Below, piece after piece: positions 46,978 to 55,604 of a stretch of DNA of 55,604 nucleotides (within the stretch, counting starts at the first letter, position 1; every line of letters starts with the position of its first letter). The position numbers and the translations under genes are program-made. Below the pieces are notes generated by a model. The model was not told the origin of the DNA, searched no databases, and worked only from the letters and a program-made list of their open reading frames with translations. Source of the stretch: Acinetobacter phage vB_AbaM_3098; sequence record PV081573.1; one strand, given 5' to 3'.

Positions 46978-47257
46978 TTTATATGTTAGTTACGACAATC
47001 AAGAAAGAAATGTAATAACTGAACGTGATATAGTTCTGAATTCACAAATCTATCTTGAGCTAAGAGCTAGACTAGAAACTGTTCGAGATGAGAAATCTAA
47101 ATCTGACAAACTTGCAGCTGATAGACGAGCCCAGTTATGTGCAATTGAAAAAGAGATTTCTGATAATCATAGCTGGTCTCCTGAATACAGCGAAACCTCA
47201 GCTTTAGAAGCTGTAAAGGTATTAGTTAGAGACTATAATTATGAGCGAGAAAAATGA
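46970..47257 (+). CDS. hypothetical protein (95 aa)
   Basis: GTG start overlapping the previous stop. Confidence 0.35.
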   Translation: MSDLYVSYDNQERNVITERDIVLNSQIYLELRARLETVRDEKSKSDKLAADRRAQLCAIEKEISDNHSWSPEYSETSALEAVKVLVRDYNYEREK

Positions 47258-47604
47258 CTAGTCAGCCTTATGTTAAAGTCTGGGGTGAATGGCAACCTTG
47301 CAAATCTCCAGATAAAGTTGGAACTATGGAGCACCTTCGTTACTTAAGCAATGAACTTGATCATTATCTTAGGTTAGAAACTAAACCCATAGAAGAAGTT
47401 GCAGCTGAAATGCTTGCTAATACCCTGCATATGCTCCAACAAGTTAAGTTTGAAAGCGAATTAAGTTTTGAAACTTCAATGGAAGGTACAAAACTTAAAA
47501 TTAATATATTTGGAAATCCAACTCCAAATGATGTAAACCAATTAAGTTATCTGGGAGTAATATCAGATGAGCAAGCCTACAACTGGTTCAAATCCAGAGG
47601 TTAG
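47254..47604 (+). CDS. hypothetical protein (116 aa)
   Basis: ORF. Confidence 0.4.
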   Translation: MTSQPYVKVWGEWQPCKSPDKVGTMEHLRYLSNELDHYLRLETKPIEEVAAEMLANTLHMLQQVKFESELSFETSMEGTKLKINIFGNPTPNDVNQLSYLGVISDEQAYNWFKSRG

Positions 47605-48169
47605 AATTGCCGTAGTTGGATCTAGAGCTATGGAAATTCCTCGTTTTATTAAAGATAAGAAAGAGTTCTATCAGATCTGTATTAAGTTAGCTCAAGCCGG
47701 AGTAATCTTGCGTTCTGGTGGAGCTGAGGGTGCAGATCAAGTTGCTCAGGCTGCTTTCTATAGTGAGTATCTAGCTGGACGGGTTAACCCAGATCAGTTT
47801 GAAATTTATCTTCCTTGGAGTGGATTCTGCTGCAAAGCCTTTGGTTCGAAGTTCAATAAGTTTGTTCCAATTAGTCAGAAAGCAAAAGATATTGCTTGTG
47901 AAATACATCATAAAGGTAAAGCTTTAGCTACTGGGCTTGAATCGCATTTAGTATTGCACGCAAGAAATGTATATCAGGTACTAGGTGAAGATTTAAATAC
48001 CCCAGTTCAAGCTGTCTTCTGTTGGACTGAGACTGGCTTAGCTTCAGGTGGAACTGCTACTGCAATGAACTTAGCTGCATCTAGAGGTATTCCAGTTATT
48101 AATTTAGCCCGAGACGGATTTGAAAGATCACTTTCTAAATTAGAAGGTATTATAAATGCGAATAAATAG
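47567..48169 (+). CDS. DprA/Smf-like Rossmann-fold (SLOG superfamily) protein
   Basis: IAVVGSRA...LRSGGAEGADQVAQAA and GGTATAMNLAASRGIPVINL match the DprA motifs (GSR..., SGGARGID.AH, SGSL.TA..A...GR.V.AV). Confidence 0.5.
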   Translation: MSKPTTGSNPEVRIAVVGSRAMEIPRFIKDKKEFYQICIKLAQAGVILRSGGAEGADQVAQAAFYSEYLAGRVNPDQFEIYLPWSGFCCKAFGSKFNKFVPISQKAKDIACEIHHKGKALATGLESHLVLHARNVYQVLGEDLNTPVQAVFCWTETGLASGGTATAMNLAASRGIPVINLARDGFERSLSKLEGIINANK

Positions 48170-48440
48170 CAGTCCATCAGGACAATATACTGGTCATATG
48201 TGGTCTGGATTTACACTACGTGTGGCTCAGCTTGGAGTTCCATTCACTACTGGATCAGGCCAGCAAGGTTGTGTTTACAGTTTAACAGAAGTTATTTGTG
48301 ATAAAGTTGCAGGTGAAATCTGGGCATGTGAGACATTACTAGATAAAATCATCGACCAAATACCAAATGTAGTTGAGGCTCCTTGGCTCAAACCAGATTT
48401 TAAACAAAATTACACAGGATTATTTTCAAATGGTAACTAA
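48156..48440 (+). CDS. hypothetical protein (94 aa)
   Basis: ORF. Confidence 0.4.
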   Translation: MRINSSPSGQYTGHMWSGFTLRVAQLGVPFTTGSGQQGCVYSLTEVICDKVAGEIWACETLLDKIIDQIPNVVEAPWLKPDFKQNYTGLFSNGN

Positions 48441-49203
48441 CAAGACATCTCCATTAAAGCCACCTAAAGTAGGATTCGTTGCTGGTTGTATGGATTTATT
48501 TCATACTGGACATGTAATGATGCTGAAGGAGTGTCGAGAAAACTGCGATAAGTTGATTGTATTTCTCCAATCTAATCCTTCTATTGACCGCCCTACTAAG
48601 AACATCCCAGTTCAGACACTGGAAGAACGCCGTATTCAACTTGAAGCTTGTAAATATGTAGATCAAATAATTGAATACGATACTGAGTTGGAGTTATTTG
48701 GTTTAATCAAGAAATTGACAGATGATCATCCTAATTTGATTAGATTCCTAGGTGATGATTACCGCAACAAAGCTACTTACACAGGTAGTGGATTTAATAT
48801 TCCTGTTTACTTCACTTCTCGTAATCACGGTTATTCTTCAACTGAGCTTCGTAATCGTGTTATTATGGCTCGTAATCGAGTGTCAACTAAAGATATCAAA
48901 GGTCAGATCAAGAAAGACAATGATATTTACAGACTGATGGATAATACATCTCTGAAGAATTTGACAGTTAGTACAACTGAGCTGCATCCTAACCAGCATA
49001 CAACTGGACATAAACATGACGGTCTAGATGAAGTGTATATCATTTTGTCAGGTAAGGGTCGAATTGAACTTGATGGTGTATTCTTGGAAGTTGAGAAAGA
49101 TAACATCATTCTTATTAATGAAGGTGTTCATCATAGACTTTACAATGACAGCGCATCTGAAGACTTAGTTGCATTATGTATTTTCCAGAAATATGATCGG
49201 TGA
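48430..49203 (+). CDS. cytidylyltransferase-like nucleotidyltransferase fused to a C-terminal cupin domain
   Basis: VGFVAGCMDLFHTGHVMML is the HxGH nucleotidyltransferase motif as in TagD/CTP-glycerol-3-P cytidylyltransferase. C-terminal HKHDGLDEVYIILSGKGRIELDG...HHRLYN is a cupin two-His motif. Start 48430 or 48373. Confidence 0.55.
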   Translation: MVTNKTSPLKPPKVGFVAGCMDLFHTGHVMMLKECRENCDKLIVFLQSNPSIDRPTKNIPVQTLEERRIQLEACKYVDQIIEYDTELELFGLIKKLTDDHPNLIRFLGDDYRNKATYTGSGFNIPVYFTSRNHGYSSTELRNRVIMARNRVSTKDIKGQIKKDNDIYRLMDNTSLKNLTVSTTELHPNQHTTGHKHDGLDEVYIILSGKGRIELDGVFLEVEKDNIILINEGVHHRLYNDSASEDLVALCIFQKYDR

Positions 49204-49208
49204 TTAAC

Positions 49209-49568
49209 ATGTATGGTATCCCAATATTAACTGTTGTAAACACAGATGAAAATAAATTTAAAATATCTCTGACATTGACATTAGATCAAAGTTTGCAGAT
49301 AATAGCTCGTGGTACAAGTATTGATGAAACAAAATTAGACACTGTCGTTGCACTAGAAGTTAGAAGTGTAATTAGAGGTTCGTCTGACAGTGCTGTTCTA
49401 ATAGAATCAGACAGCTGGGGTGGTAAATACGAAATTAAAAGAATAGGAAGAAAGCCAATGATAGTTTTCACTCAAGACGAAAGTTATGAAAAGTTCTTCG
49501 AATTATCAACTCTTCAATTCAAAGTTCTAAGTAAAATTATTGAAATAGCTTGCGCAGGTATCGAATGA
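49209..49568 (+). CDS. hypothetical protein (119 aa)
   Basis: ATG at 49209. Confidence 0.4.
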   Translation: MYGIPILTVVNTDENKFKISLTLTLDQSLQIIARGTSIDETKLDTVVALEVRSVIRGSSDSAVLIESDSWGGKYEIKRIGRKPMIVFTQDESYEKFFELSTLQFKVLSKIIEIACAGIE

Positions 49569-49921
49569 AAAAGTATGGTGTATTAAAACGTGACTTCAAA
49601 GAATCAGCTGAAGGTGAAGTAATTCTAGAGGCTGGCCAGATAGTTCATATTAATAGTATTAGCGAGAAACCTGGATTTCTTACTCGATACTGGGTGAGTG
49701 TTGGTGATTATGAAACTGGCATGATTGACGATGATGTTGAGATATTGGAAAATGTCTGGATGCATGAACGTACTGCTACTTTCTATTCTCTAATATGCAT
49801 TGCTAATGAAAATTGCGAGAAGCCTGAATTCATTCCAACAGCTGTTTACAAATGCACGAAGGGTGTAATCTACGCCAGACCATTGTCTGAATTTAACGAG
49901 AAATTTCAAAAGGTAATATAA
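49565..49921 (+). CDS. hypothetical protein (118 aa)
   Basis: ATG at 49565 overlapping the upstream stop. Confidence 0.4.
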   Translation: MKKYGVLKRDFKESAEGEVILEAGQIVHINSISEKPGFLTRYWVSVGDYETGMIDDDVEILENVWMHERTATFYSLICIANENCEKPEFIPTAVYKCTKGVIYARPLSEFNEKFQKVI

Positions 49922-50139
49922 TGAAAATTTGCTTACTGTATACTTTACTGGCTGCAGCTGATTACCAGAGAGCTGTTATTAATTCTGGAGCTATCAAGTC
50001 TATTAACGGAAGAAAGCCTAAGCCTTCTGATATAAAATACACAGTTCGTAAAGATTATACAGTAAGCTTTGATGAACCTGCTTTTCATATAGGTTGGTCT
50101 GTATATGTAGATAGACTTAATAAGGAAGAAAGGAAATAA
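49921..50139 (+). CDS. hypothetical protein (72 aa)
   Basis: ORF. Confidence 0.4.
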   Translation: MKICLLYTLLAAADYQRAVINSGAIKSINGRKPKPSDIKYTVRKDYTVSFDEPAFHIGWSVYVDRLNKEERK

Positions 50140-50141
50140 AT

Positions 50142-50708
50142 ATGACTCTAACAGTTGTCACAATGGTGCCAGTTGAGCCAATTCCTGCAGTTCAGGTTAG
50201 TAACATTCATGAAATTGATTTCATATCTAATCTAAATAAATGGCTTGAAAAATATTATCTAACTTGTAGTTATTTAACTGAACATGTTTTTACTGGAGCC
50301 TTAGATCTTAGTGTGTCCAATAGCAATGGATATGTAAAAGATTTCACTATATTTGAAGGCGATTTTATATGCGTTAAATCATTAGGTTATACTTCTAGAA
50401 ATACAATTGAAGTTTACTCTAATTCCAAGACAGCTAAGGGAATTGCATTTCTAGGTGAAGTAACTGATGTGACTTCTCATCTGCAAGCTATGATTAGACA
50501 AAGCACTGCTGCACGTGAATACGAATGGGAAATCAAGAAGAATGTGATTCATCAACTAATTCATTTTGGCGAACTTCAAAGTGTCGAAAATGCAATTGAC
50601 AAATATGGTAAGTATCTTATTCCAGTAGGAACTAGAGATATACAAGTAACTCAAGATGACTTAGATTTAATTATTAACTCATTAAATCCAAATAGGAAAT
50701 TACATTGA
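50142..50708 (+). CDS. hypothetical protein (188 aa)
   Basis: ORF. Confidence 0.45.
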   Translation: MTLTVVTMVPVEPIPAVQVSNIHEIDFISNLNKWLEKYYLTCSYLTEHVFTGALDLSVSNSNGYVKDFTIFEGDFICVKSLGYTSRNTIEVYSNSKTAKGIAFLGEVTDVTSHLQAMIRQSTAAREYEWEIKKNVIHQLIHFGELQSVENAIDKYGKYLIPVGTRDIQVTQDDLDLIINSLNPNRKLH

Positions 50709-51265
50709 TGTTTAACATTAACGATAAAGTAGTGCTTATTAATACTCAGACAATTAACTGGCCTACTAAAGAGAATGATGCAATTCACACTGTATCATCA
50801 GTTGTTGAGAACAGTCTCGAAGGTCAAGTTATTGGCTTAGATAACGAGAAGTACTATGCGCGAGGGTTACCAGCGAGTTACTTTCGTTTAGCTACAGAAG
50901 CTGAACTTCTAGTTGGACACAGACTACCTGATGAATGGTCTGGGGCAGGATTCCCTATTTACCAAATGGAGCCTAAAGTTCCTGTTATTACTTCAACTAT
51001 GCAATATACTGGGTTAGATACTCATAGATTTGTAGCTGATTTAATTACTAACATCTTAATTCCTTCTAAGCATCAGATGGTTAATTGGAACTTGCTTGAC
51101 AGCACCACAGGAGTTGTTATTGACGCTAAAATCTCTAATGGCATGAAAACTAGGAATATCTACATTGGGGTTAATTATTATGTCTTCGTGGATAAAGACA
51201 ATATAGTTCGCACATTATCCGAGAGTGAAATGCTCTCTAAATACAAGGTAGTTGATGATGCGTAA
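50705..51265 (+). CDS. hypothetical protein (186 aa)
   Basis: ORF. Confidence 0.45.
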   Translation: MMFNINDKVVLINTQTINWPTKENDAIHTVSSVVENSLEGQVIGLDNEKYYARGLPASYFRLATEAELLVGHRLPDEWSGAGFPIYQMEPKVPVITSTMQYTGLDTHRFVADLITNILIPSKHQMVNWNLLDSTTGVVIDAKISNGMKTRNIYIGVNYYVFVDKDNIVRTLSESEMLSKYKVVDDA

Positions 51266-51611
51266 ATTTATATGGAGTATATTAGTATTTCTAAGAATAT
51301 TCAAGAAAGAAGAATGGCTATTCAGAGATGCTAAATTAGAGCATAGAGGTTTCATAAAACTAAACTCTGGAGACAAAATTGAAAATGAAATAATTTTATT
51401 TAATGGTCACAAATATTACAGGTTTTCTGCGTTTTACATTGACGAGTATGCTCAAGATATTACCATAACAAACTGTATTATTGAATATCAGCTGGAGAAA
51501 TGTTTTCTTCATTTAGGCTTTAGATACGCATTTATATTCTGGTGGGAATTAGTAGTTAAGAAGAATGATTACGTTAGATTTAGATCTGATGGAACTGTGG
51601 AGATCCAATAG
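51252..51611 (+). CDS. hypothetical protein (119 aa)
   Basis: ORF. Confidence 0.4.
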   Translation: MMMRKFIWSILVFLRIFKKEEWLFRDAKLEHRGFIKLNSGDKIENEIILFNGHKYYRFSAFYIDEYAQDITITNCIIEYQLEKCFLHLGFRYAFIFWWELVVKKNDYVRFRSDGTVEIQ

Positions 51612-51613
51612 TA

Positions 51614-52213
51614 ATGATGATTGATATTTCGCCACGTGGAAATGGCAAAACTACCCGTCTTATTGAAAGAGCTAAGCAGTTAGCAAGCACTTCAAAAGAG
51701 ACAATTGTAATTCTAACTCAAGCCTCACTGGCTGATTATTACAATAAGCAGAAGCTGCATCCTAATCTAGAATTCAGAGGTTATGGTAGTTTTGTTGGTG
51801 GAACTTTGGCAGGTAAGCCAAACAAAACTTTCATAGATAATTTAGACTTATTCTTTGCTTCTGTAAGAGGATCTTCTAAAACTAATGTAATATATGCTAC
51901 ATTAGAAAAGACAGAAGAGTGGAAGGAAATAACTTATGACAGTTTCCAGCCAGCCTATGATAAAGATAAATTAGTTCCTTTGGAAGCTAGCAAAGATGTC
52001 TCTGAACACAGAGTTGTAGTTCAGGTAATGCATTGGTGTAATGAAGTTAAACCTACTTCTGGATCACTTCTAAAGCGATTAAACTATCACGTTAGAAAGG
52101 AATTACATCCTAAATGGCTAGTTGATAAATTACTTGATGAAGAAACTGATAATGAGTACACAGCTTCACAAAGAGCTGCTTTAGTTTATAAATTAATGGT
52201 AAGTTTATCATGA
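51614..52213 (+). CDS. P-loop NTPase
   Basis: Walker A SPRGNGKTT near the N-terminus. Confidence 0.5.
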   Translation: MMIDISPRGNGKTTRLIERAKQLASTSKETIVILTQASLADYYNKQKLHPNLEFRGYGSFVGGTLAGKPNKTFIDNLDLFFASVRGSSKTNVIYATLEKTEEWKEITYDSFQPAYDKDKLVPLEASKDVSEHRVVVQVMHWCNEVKPTSGSLLKRLNYHVRKELHPKWLVDKLLDEETDNEYTASQRAALVYKLMVSLS

Positions 52214-52896
52214 CTGTAACTTCACAAATATTTGAATTACTCCAGAATAATACTGGATTTGTAAACCCCATTGACACTTCAGCCAGTGGAGCTTCTCTTA
52301 CTGAGTCAAGCCAAGCTCTTGATATTTTGATGAATGACCCAGCTAAGATGGCCCAACTTCAAGCTGGAGGTATTACAGTAACTCAACTTCAAGATTTGCA
52401 ATCTAAATTGAGTGAAGCACAGAATTCTTGCAATTCTCTTAACTCTTACGTAGGTGAGAACATTAGCCAGATGCAAACTAAGTTGTCTACAGCTTCGGCT
52501 TACACTGGCATAATGAAGAGAATGGGTCAAGCGGTTGAACCTTGTTCCGCATCTTCAAGTATTTTTGGTATTGCCTTAGGTCAAGGTGCACTTGTTATTT
52601 CTTCTATTGGAGAAACTGCAGGTGCTATTACTGATCTTGTCAACTCTGAGATTGAAAATGTCCAAGAATGGGTTCAGAAATTTAACGGACTAGTGGCATC
52701 TGTTGTTGCATTTCCAAGCAGTGTTCAGTCAATGATCAATGATGAAATTGCAGCATTTAATGATATACTGTCTACTTGTGTTAATGGAGCTTTCGCTTCA
52801 ATGATGGCAACTGTATTTGGTGAAGAATGTAGTAAAGCTGTCATTGGAACGTTAGCCTCACCTGAAATGCTAGACTTATTAAACCAGTTTGGTTAA
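52210..52896 (+). CDS. hypothetical protein (228 aa), Ser/Ala/Gly-rich
   Basis: ORF. Confidence 0.45.
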   Translation: MTVTSQIFELLQNNTGFVNPIDTSASGASLTESSQALDILMNDPAKMAQLQAGGITVTQLQDLQSKLSEAQNSCNSLNSYVGENISQMQTKLSTASAYTGIMKRMGQAVEPCSASSSIFGIALGQGALVISSIGETAGAITDLVNSEIENVQEWVQKFNGLVASVVAFPSSVQSMINDEIAAFNDILSTCVNGAFASMMATVFGEECSKAVIGTLASPEMLDLLNQFG

Positions 52897-52940
52897 AGCT
52901 GTTCTTTAAACAATGTAAAAACCTGTTTGTTTAGAGGCGG
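52896..52940 (+). promoter_or_regulatory. bipartite motif AAAGCTGTTCTTTAAAC...AAAAACCTGTTTGTTTAGAGGCGG; putative promoter
   Basis: Divergent copy; upstream of small ORF 52966. Confidence 0.35.
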
Positions 52941-52965
52941 TCTTTCAACAATCGGGAGAACTAAA

Positions 52966-53070
52966 ATGGAACTAGCTATCGTTATTTTTATTTACATTTT
53001 GATGTTCAATGCTTTCTTAGTATTGACTTTCTGGGGAACTTTTAGTTTCCTATTTGATAATGAGGGAGCC
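52966..53070 (+). CDS. small hydrophobic peptide (34 aa)
   Basis: MELAIVIFIYILMFNAFLVLTFWGTFSFLFDNEGA. Sits between promoter-like motif 52917-52940 and terminator 53064-53086, which overlaps its last two codons. Confidence 0.3.
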
Positions 53071-53086
53071 TAGGCTCCCTTTCTTA
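53064..53086 (+). terminator. rho-independent terminator
   Basis: Palindrome gggagcctaggctccc followed by tttctt. Confidence 0.7.
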
Positions 53087-53099
53087 GTGGATTTTAATC

Positions 53100-53348
53100 A
53101 TGACAGACATTATAAACAAACTTTCAGAACTTCTTGCTCATCAACGTCAGTTAGATTTGGAGCTTAAATCTAATGGCTGGGTAAATCCTTTAGATGAATT
53201 AACCGCATATACACATCCAGATTATCCTGAGGTTATTATCACAATTGAGATTTTACCAGAACCTCACTACGTGCTTTCAGTTGGAACTGAAGTTGTCAAT
53301 TTCCTATCATATGAATTTATGAATCAAGTATTGGAGTTATTAAAATGA
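53100..53348 (+). CDS. hypothetical protein (82 aa)
   Basis: ORF after the terminator. Confidence 0.45.
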   Translation: MTDIINKLSELLAHQRQLDLELKSNGWVNPLDELTAYTHPDYPEVIITIEILPEPHYVLSVGTEVVNFLSYEFMNQVLELLK

Positions 53349-53514
53349 GTTACCTAGTTACTAAAGAGGTTGAAGGCCATAAACAATACCTTTCTTCAAA
53401 GAATCTGGAAACAGAACCAGAATTCACTTGTAATATAGATGATGCTGTAGAACTTCATACAAAAGAATTAGCTAATGAGTTAGCAGAAGAATTTGAAGCG
53501 GAAGTTGAAGAAAT

Positions 53515-53862
53515 ATGATATATGTACATAACCAGAAAAATGGACCATTTGAATTTCCTACAGTTTACATAGGAAGACCATCTATCTTTGGTAATCCATT
53601 TGCACATAAGGAAGACACTTTAGCTCCAAATAAAGTTGTAACTCGTGATGAAGCTATATCAAGATATAAAGAATATCTGGAATTCAAATTGAAGGATAAT
53701 GATGAGCGATTTACAACTGCGTGGAATGACCTTCTTAGTGTAGCCAGATCTGGTAATCTGCATTTAGTGTGTTGGTGCAGCCCAAAGAAGTGCCACGGTC
53801 ACATCATCAAAGAATTACTGGAAGCAGAATTACTTAAGGAAATCAAACAGAAGAGAAGTTAA
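53515..53862 (+). CDS. conserved hypothetical protein (GNPF / CWCxxxxCHG motif, DUF4326-like)
   Basis: Motifs IFGNPF and HLVCWCSPKKCHGHII. Confidence 0.45.
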   Translation: MIYVHNQKNGPFEFPTVYIGRPSIFGNPFAHKEDTLAPNKVVTRDEAISRYKEYLEFKLKDNDERFTTAWNDLLSVARSGNLHLVCWCSPKKCHGHIIKELLEAELLKEIKQKRS

Positions 53863-53916
53863 CAGTAAATCTATTACTGTATTTAATTATTCTAATTCGC
53901 AATACTTTTTAGACGA

Positions 53917-53961
53917 GGTGTTGCTTAAACAATCTTAAAACCTGTTAAGGTATGAGGGCGG
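53917..53961 (+). promoter_or_regulatory. bipartite motif TGTTGCTTAAAC...AAAACCTGTTAAGGTATGAGGGCGG with hairpin; putative promoter
   Basis: Exact core plus hairpin gggcg-gaga-cgccc; upstream of small ORF 53991. Confidence 0.5.
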
Positions 53962-53990
53962 AGACGCCCATTTAATCTGGAGTTACAAAT

Positions 53991-54161
53991 ATGCAATACG
54001 CTATCTTTATCTACTTTTTCTTAATCTTTCTTTGTGCATTAGCAATGGCTTGGGATTACAACTACAATGTATATCCTAAATGCTCTAAGACTAAATTAAT
54101 GTCACGTTCTGAATATGAAGCTTTACTAACCAGAGCTACTTACGAAATGGAATGTGAATAA
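53991..54161 (+). CDS. small membrane protein (56 aa)
   Basis: ATG downstream of promoter-like motif 53937-53961; hydrophobic N-terminus. Confidence 0.3.
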   Translation: MQYAIFIYFFLIFLCALAMAWDYNYNVYPKCSKTKLMSRSEYEALLTRATYEMECE

Positions 54162-54259
54162 AATGCACATTGTTATTACAGCTTTTATCCTCTCATTAGC
54201 CTTAACCCTAATTGGTCTTGGGTTATTCCAAACATTAATATTCTTAGGTAATCTACAAA

Positions 54260-54646
54260 ATGTCAAATAAACAAGTAGTTAAATCACATCAAATTCGTGC
54301 TGGTATTACAATTTACAGAGCTCAGATAATTGGCGGATATGTAGAAACAATCCGAGTTGCTAGTAAACCATATATAGTTAATCTAGGAACTAAGGATTTG
54401 GCAATGTTCGCAGATGAATTTTGCTTCAGTGATATTTCAGATTTAAGATATAAAACTAATTTCTCATTAAAAGATGCTGGTATTATTCCTAATAGATATA
54501 ATATGGCTAAGACATTCCATAGCCACAAAGCAGCACAAAGATATCTTGATGAAGTAGTTAAGTCTTCAGAATATGAAACTCTAATGAAACGCCACAATCA
54601 ATTTATCGCAGATATGGATGATTTGGATTATGAATATGAGTCATAA
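54260..54646 (+). CDS. hypothetical protein (128 aa)
   Basis: ORF. Confidence 0.45.
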   Translation: MSNKQVVKSHQIRAGITIYRAQIIGGYVETIRVASKPYIVNLGTKDLAMFADEFCFSDISDLRYKTNFSLKDAGIIPNRYNMAKTFHSHKAAQRYLDEVVKSSEYETLMKRHNQFIADMDDLDYEYES

Positions 54647-54875
54647 AACTGAGAAAGAAGTCGACAAGCGCATTCAAGTTGTTATTGAACGATTAGCTTT
54701 GATTAAGGTTCGGAGAAATAAACGAAATGAGAAAAGCTAATTTTGTTTTTACTGTGTTCGCTGGAATCTTTACTGCATTATACTTTTGGATGACTCGACC
54801 AGCTGTCTTTACAGTGGAGGAAGCCGTTATCTGTGGAGTTATAATGGCAATGTTATTAACCCTTATTGATTTAGA

Positions 54876-55178
54876 GTGAACATGAAATCATACCTAATGA
54901 AAATTGAAGTACCTACTGTTCAATCGTGTGCAGTGTACGAAATGAAGACGATGATCAATGACAAAGTTCATCGTCAAGCTTTTGCCAATATAGCAGAACG
55001 TGAAATGTCTCAATCACCTGAAGATTTCATTAAGAGTGACCTTATTTCTGAGATTACACGTAAGCGTATTGTAGAAACAGTTAAGAAAGAGTTGCCTAAC
55101 TTTGTTAAATCAGGCACTGTCGTTACTAAGAAAACTAACAGAATACCTTCAATTCGCTTTACAGTTACACTTATTTAA
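54876..55178 (+). CDS. hypothetical protein (100 aa)
   Basis: ORF. Confidence 0.45.
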   Translation: MNMKSYLMKIEVPTVQSCAVYEMKTMINDKVHRQAFANIAEREMSQSPEDFIKSDLISEITRKRIVETVKKELPNFVKSGTVVTKKTNRIPSIRFTVTLI

Positions 55179-55210
55179 CCTTTGCGAAGGTTGTCCCTAG
55201 ACATATTTTA

Positions 55211-55579
55211 ATGGAAAATTTACCTATGAAATCAGTTTTAATGTCAATTTTAGTGCTAATTTCTGCACAAGCTTTCGCATCTGAAGACCAATTTGAGGAC
55301 GATTTTTACGCTAAAAACCGTGTAATGGTCTTGATTGACTCAAAACATAAAAAGGAAGTTTTGAAAATTTCTAAGGTTAATAAGATTGGTTTCATTGAAG
55401 GTAAGTCAGATCGCTTCGTAGAATGTGTAAATGGCGTTCCATATTTGAACAAAACGAAATACGATTCTGAGAATTTCCAATATATTGAGCGTTACGAAGT
55501 TGAGGCTGAGTGCTACTATGACGTGCCTGAGGGCACTTCTAGAATCACTTATCAATCCTCTTTCCCACGTCATTTTTAA
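55211..55579 (+). CDS. secreted protein (122 aa)
   Basis: Signal peptide MKSVLMSILVLISAQAFA. Confidence 0.5.
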   Translation: MENLPMKSVLMSILVLISAQAFASEDQFEDDFYAKNRVMVLIDSKHKKEVLKISKVNKIGFIEGKSDRFVECVNGVPYLNKTKYDSENFQYIERYEVEAECYYDVPEGTSRITYQSSFPRHF

Positions 55580-55604
55580 TCGCGCCATAAGCTGTTTAAA
55601 TTAA

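Noticed and set aside
1-55604. CRISPR arrays, rRNA genes, integrase or transposase genes
   Set aside because: No regularly spaced direct repeats, no rRNA-like conserved blocks and no recombinase motifs were seen. The window reads as a lytic-phage gene block.

Overview
The window is a compact, AT-rich, almost entirely plus-strand coding region of a large virulent phage. It begins with a T4-like DNA replication and recombination module: a gp32-like ssDNA-binding protein, an RNase H/FEN nuclease, a single-chain Mre11-Rad50 fusion, and a two-subunit type II topoisomerase. A glycosyltransferase / PIG-L deacetylase cluster follows. Next is a roughly 4.8 kb RNA-rich, low-coding region (about 16.2-21.0 kb) with a tRNA-Arg(UCU), an HNH endonuclease, an apparently circularly permuted (two-piece) tmRNA, a tRNA-like element, three 23-bp perfect inverted repeats and repeated promoter-like elements. 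After it lies a tandem array of about 10 paralogous genes that share a short conserved N-terminal leader ending in (V/I)(N/D)E. Embedded in the array is a multisubunit RNA polymerase beta-prime C-terminal fragment. Downstream are three paralogous tail-fibre/tailspike genes, many small membrane or secreted proteins, a PspA/IM30-like module, a DprA-like protein and a cytidylyltransferase-cupin fusion. Recurrent intergenic motifs (AAGCTGTTTCTTAAA about 24 bp upstream of AAAACCTGTTAAGGTATGAG or ..TTTGTGGGCG plus a GC hairpin) look like promoters of a phage-specific transcription system. Many rho-independent terminators with GGGAGC-TTCG-GCTCCC type hairpins are present. All calls come from reading the sequence and motifs. 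No database search was run.
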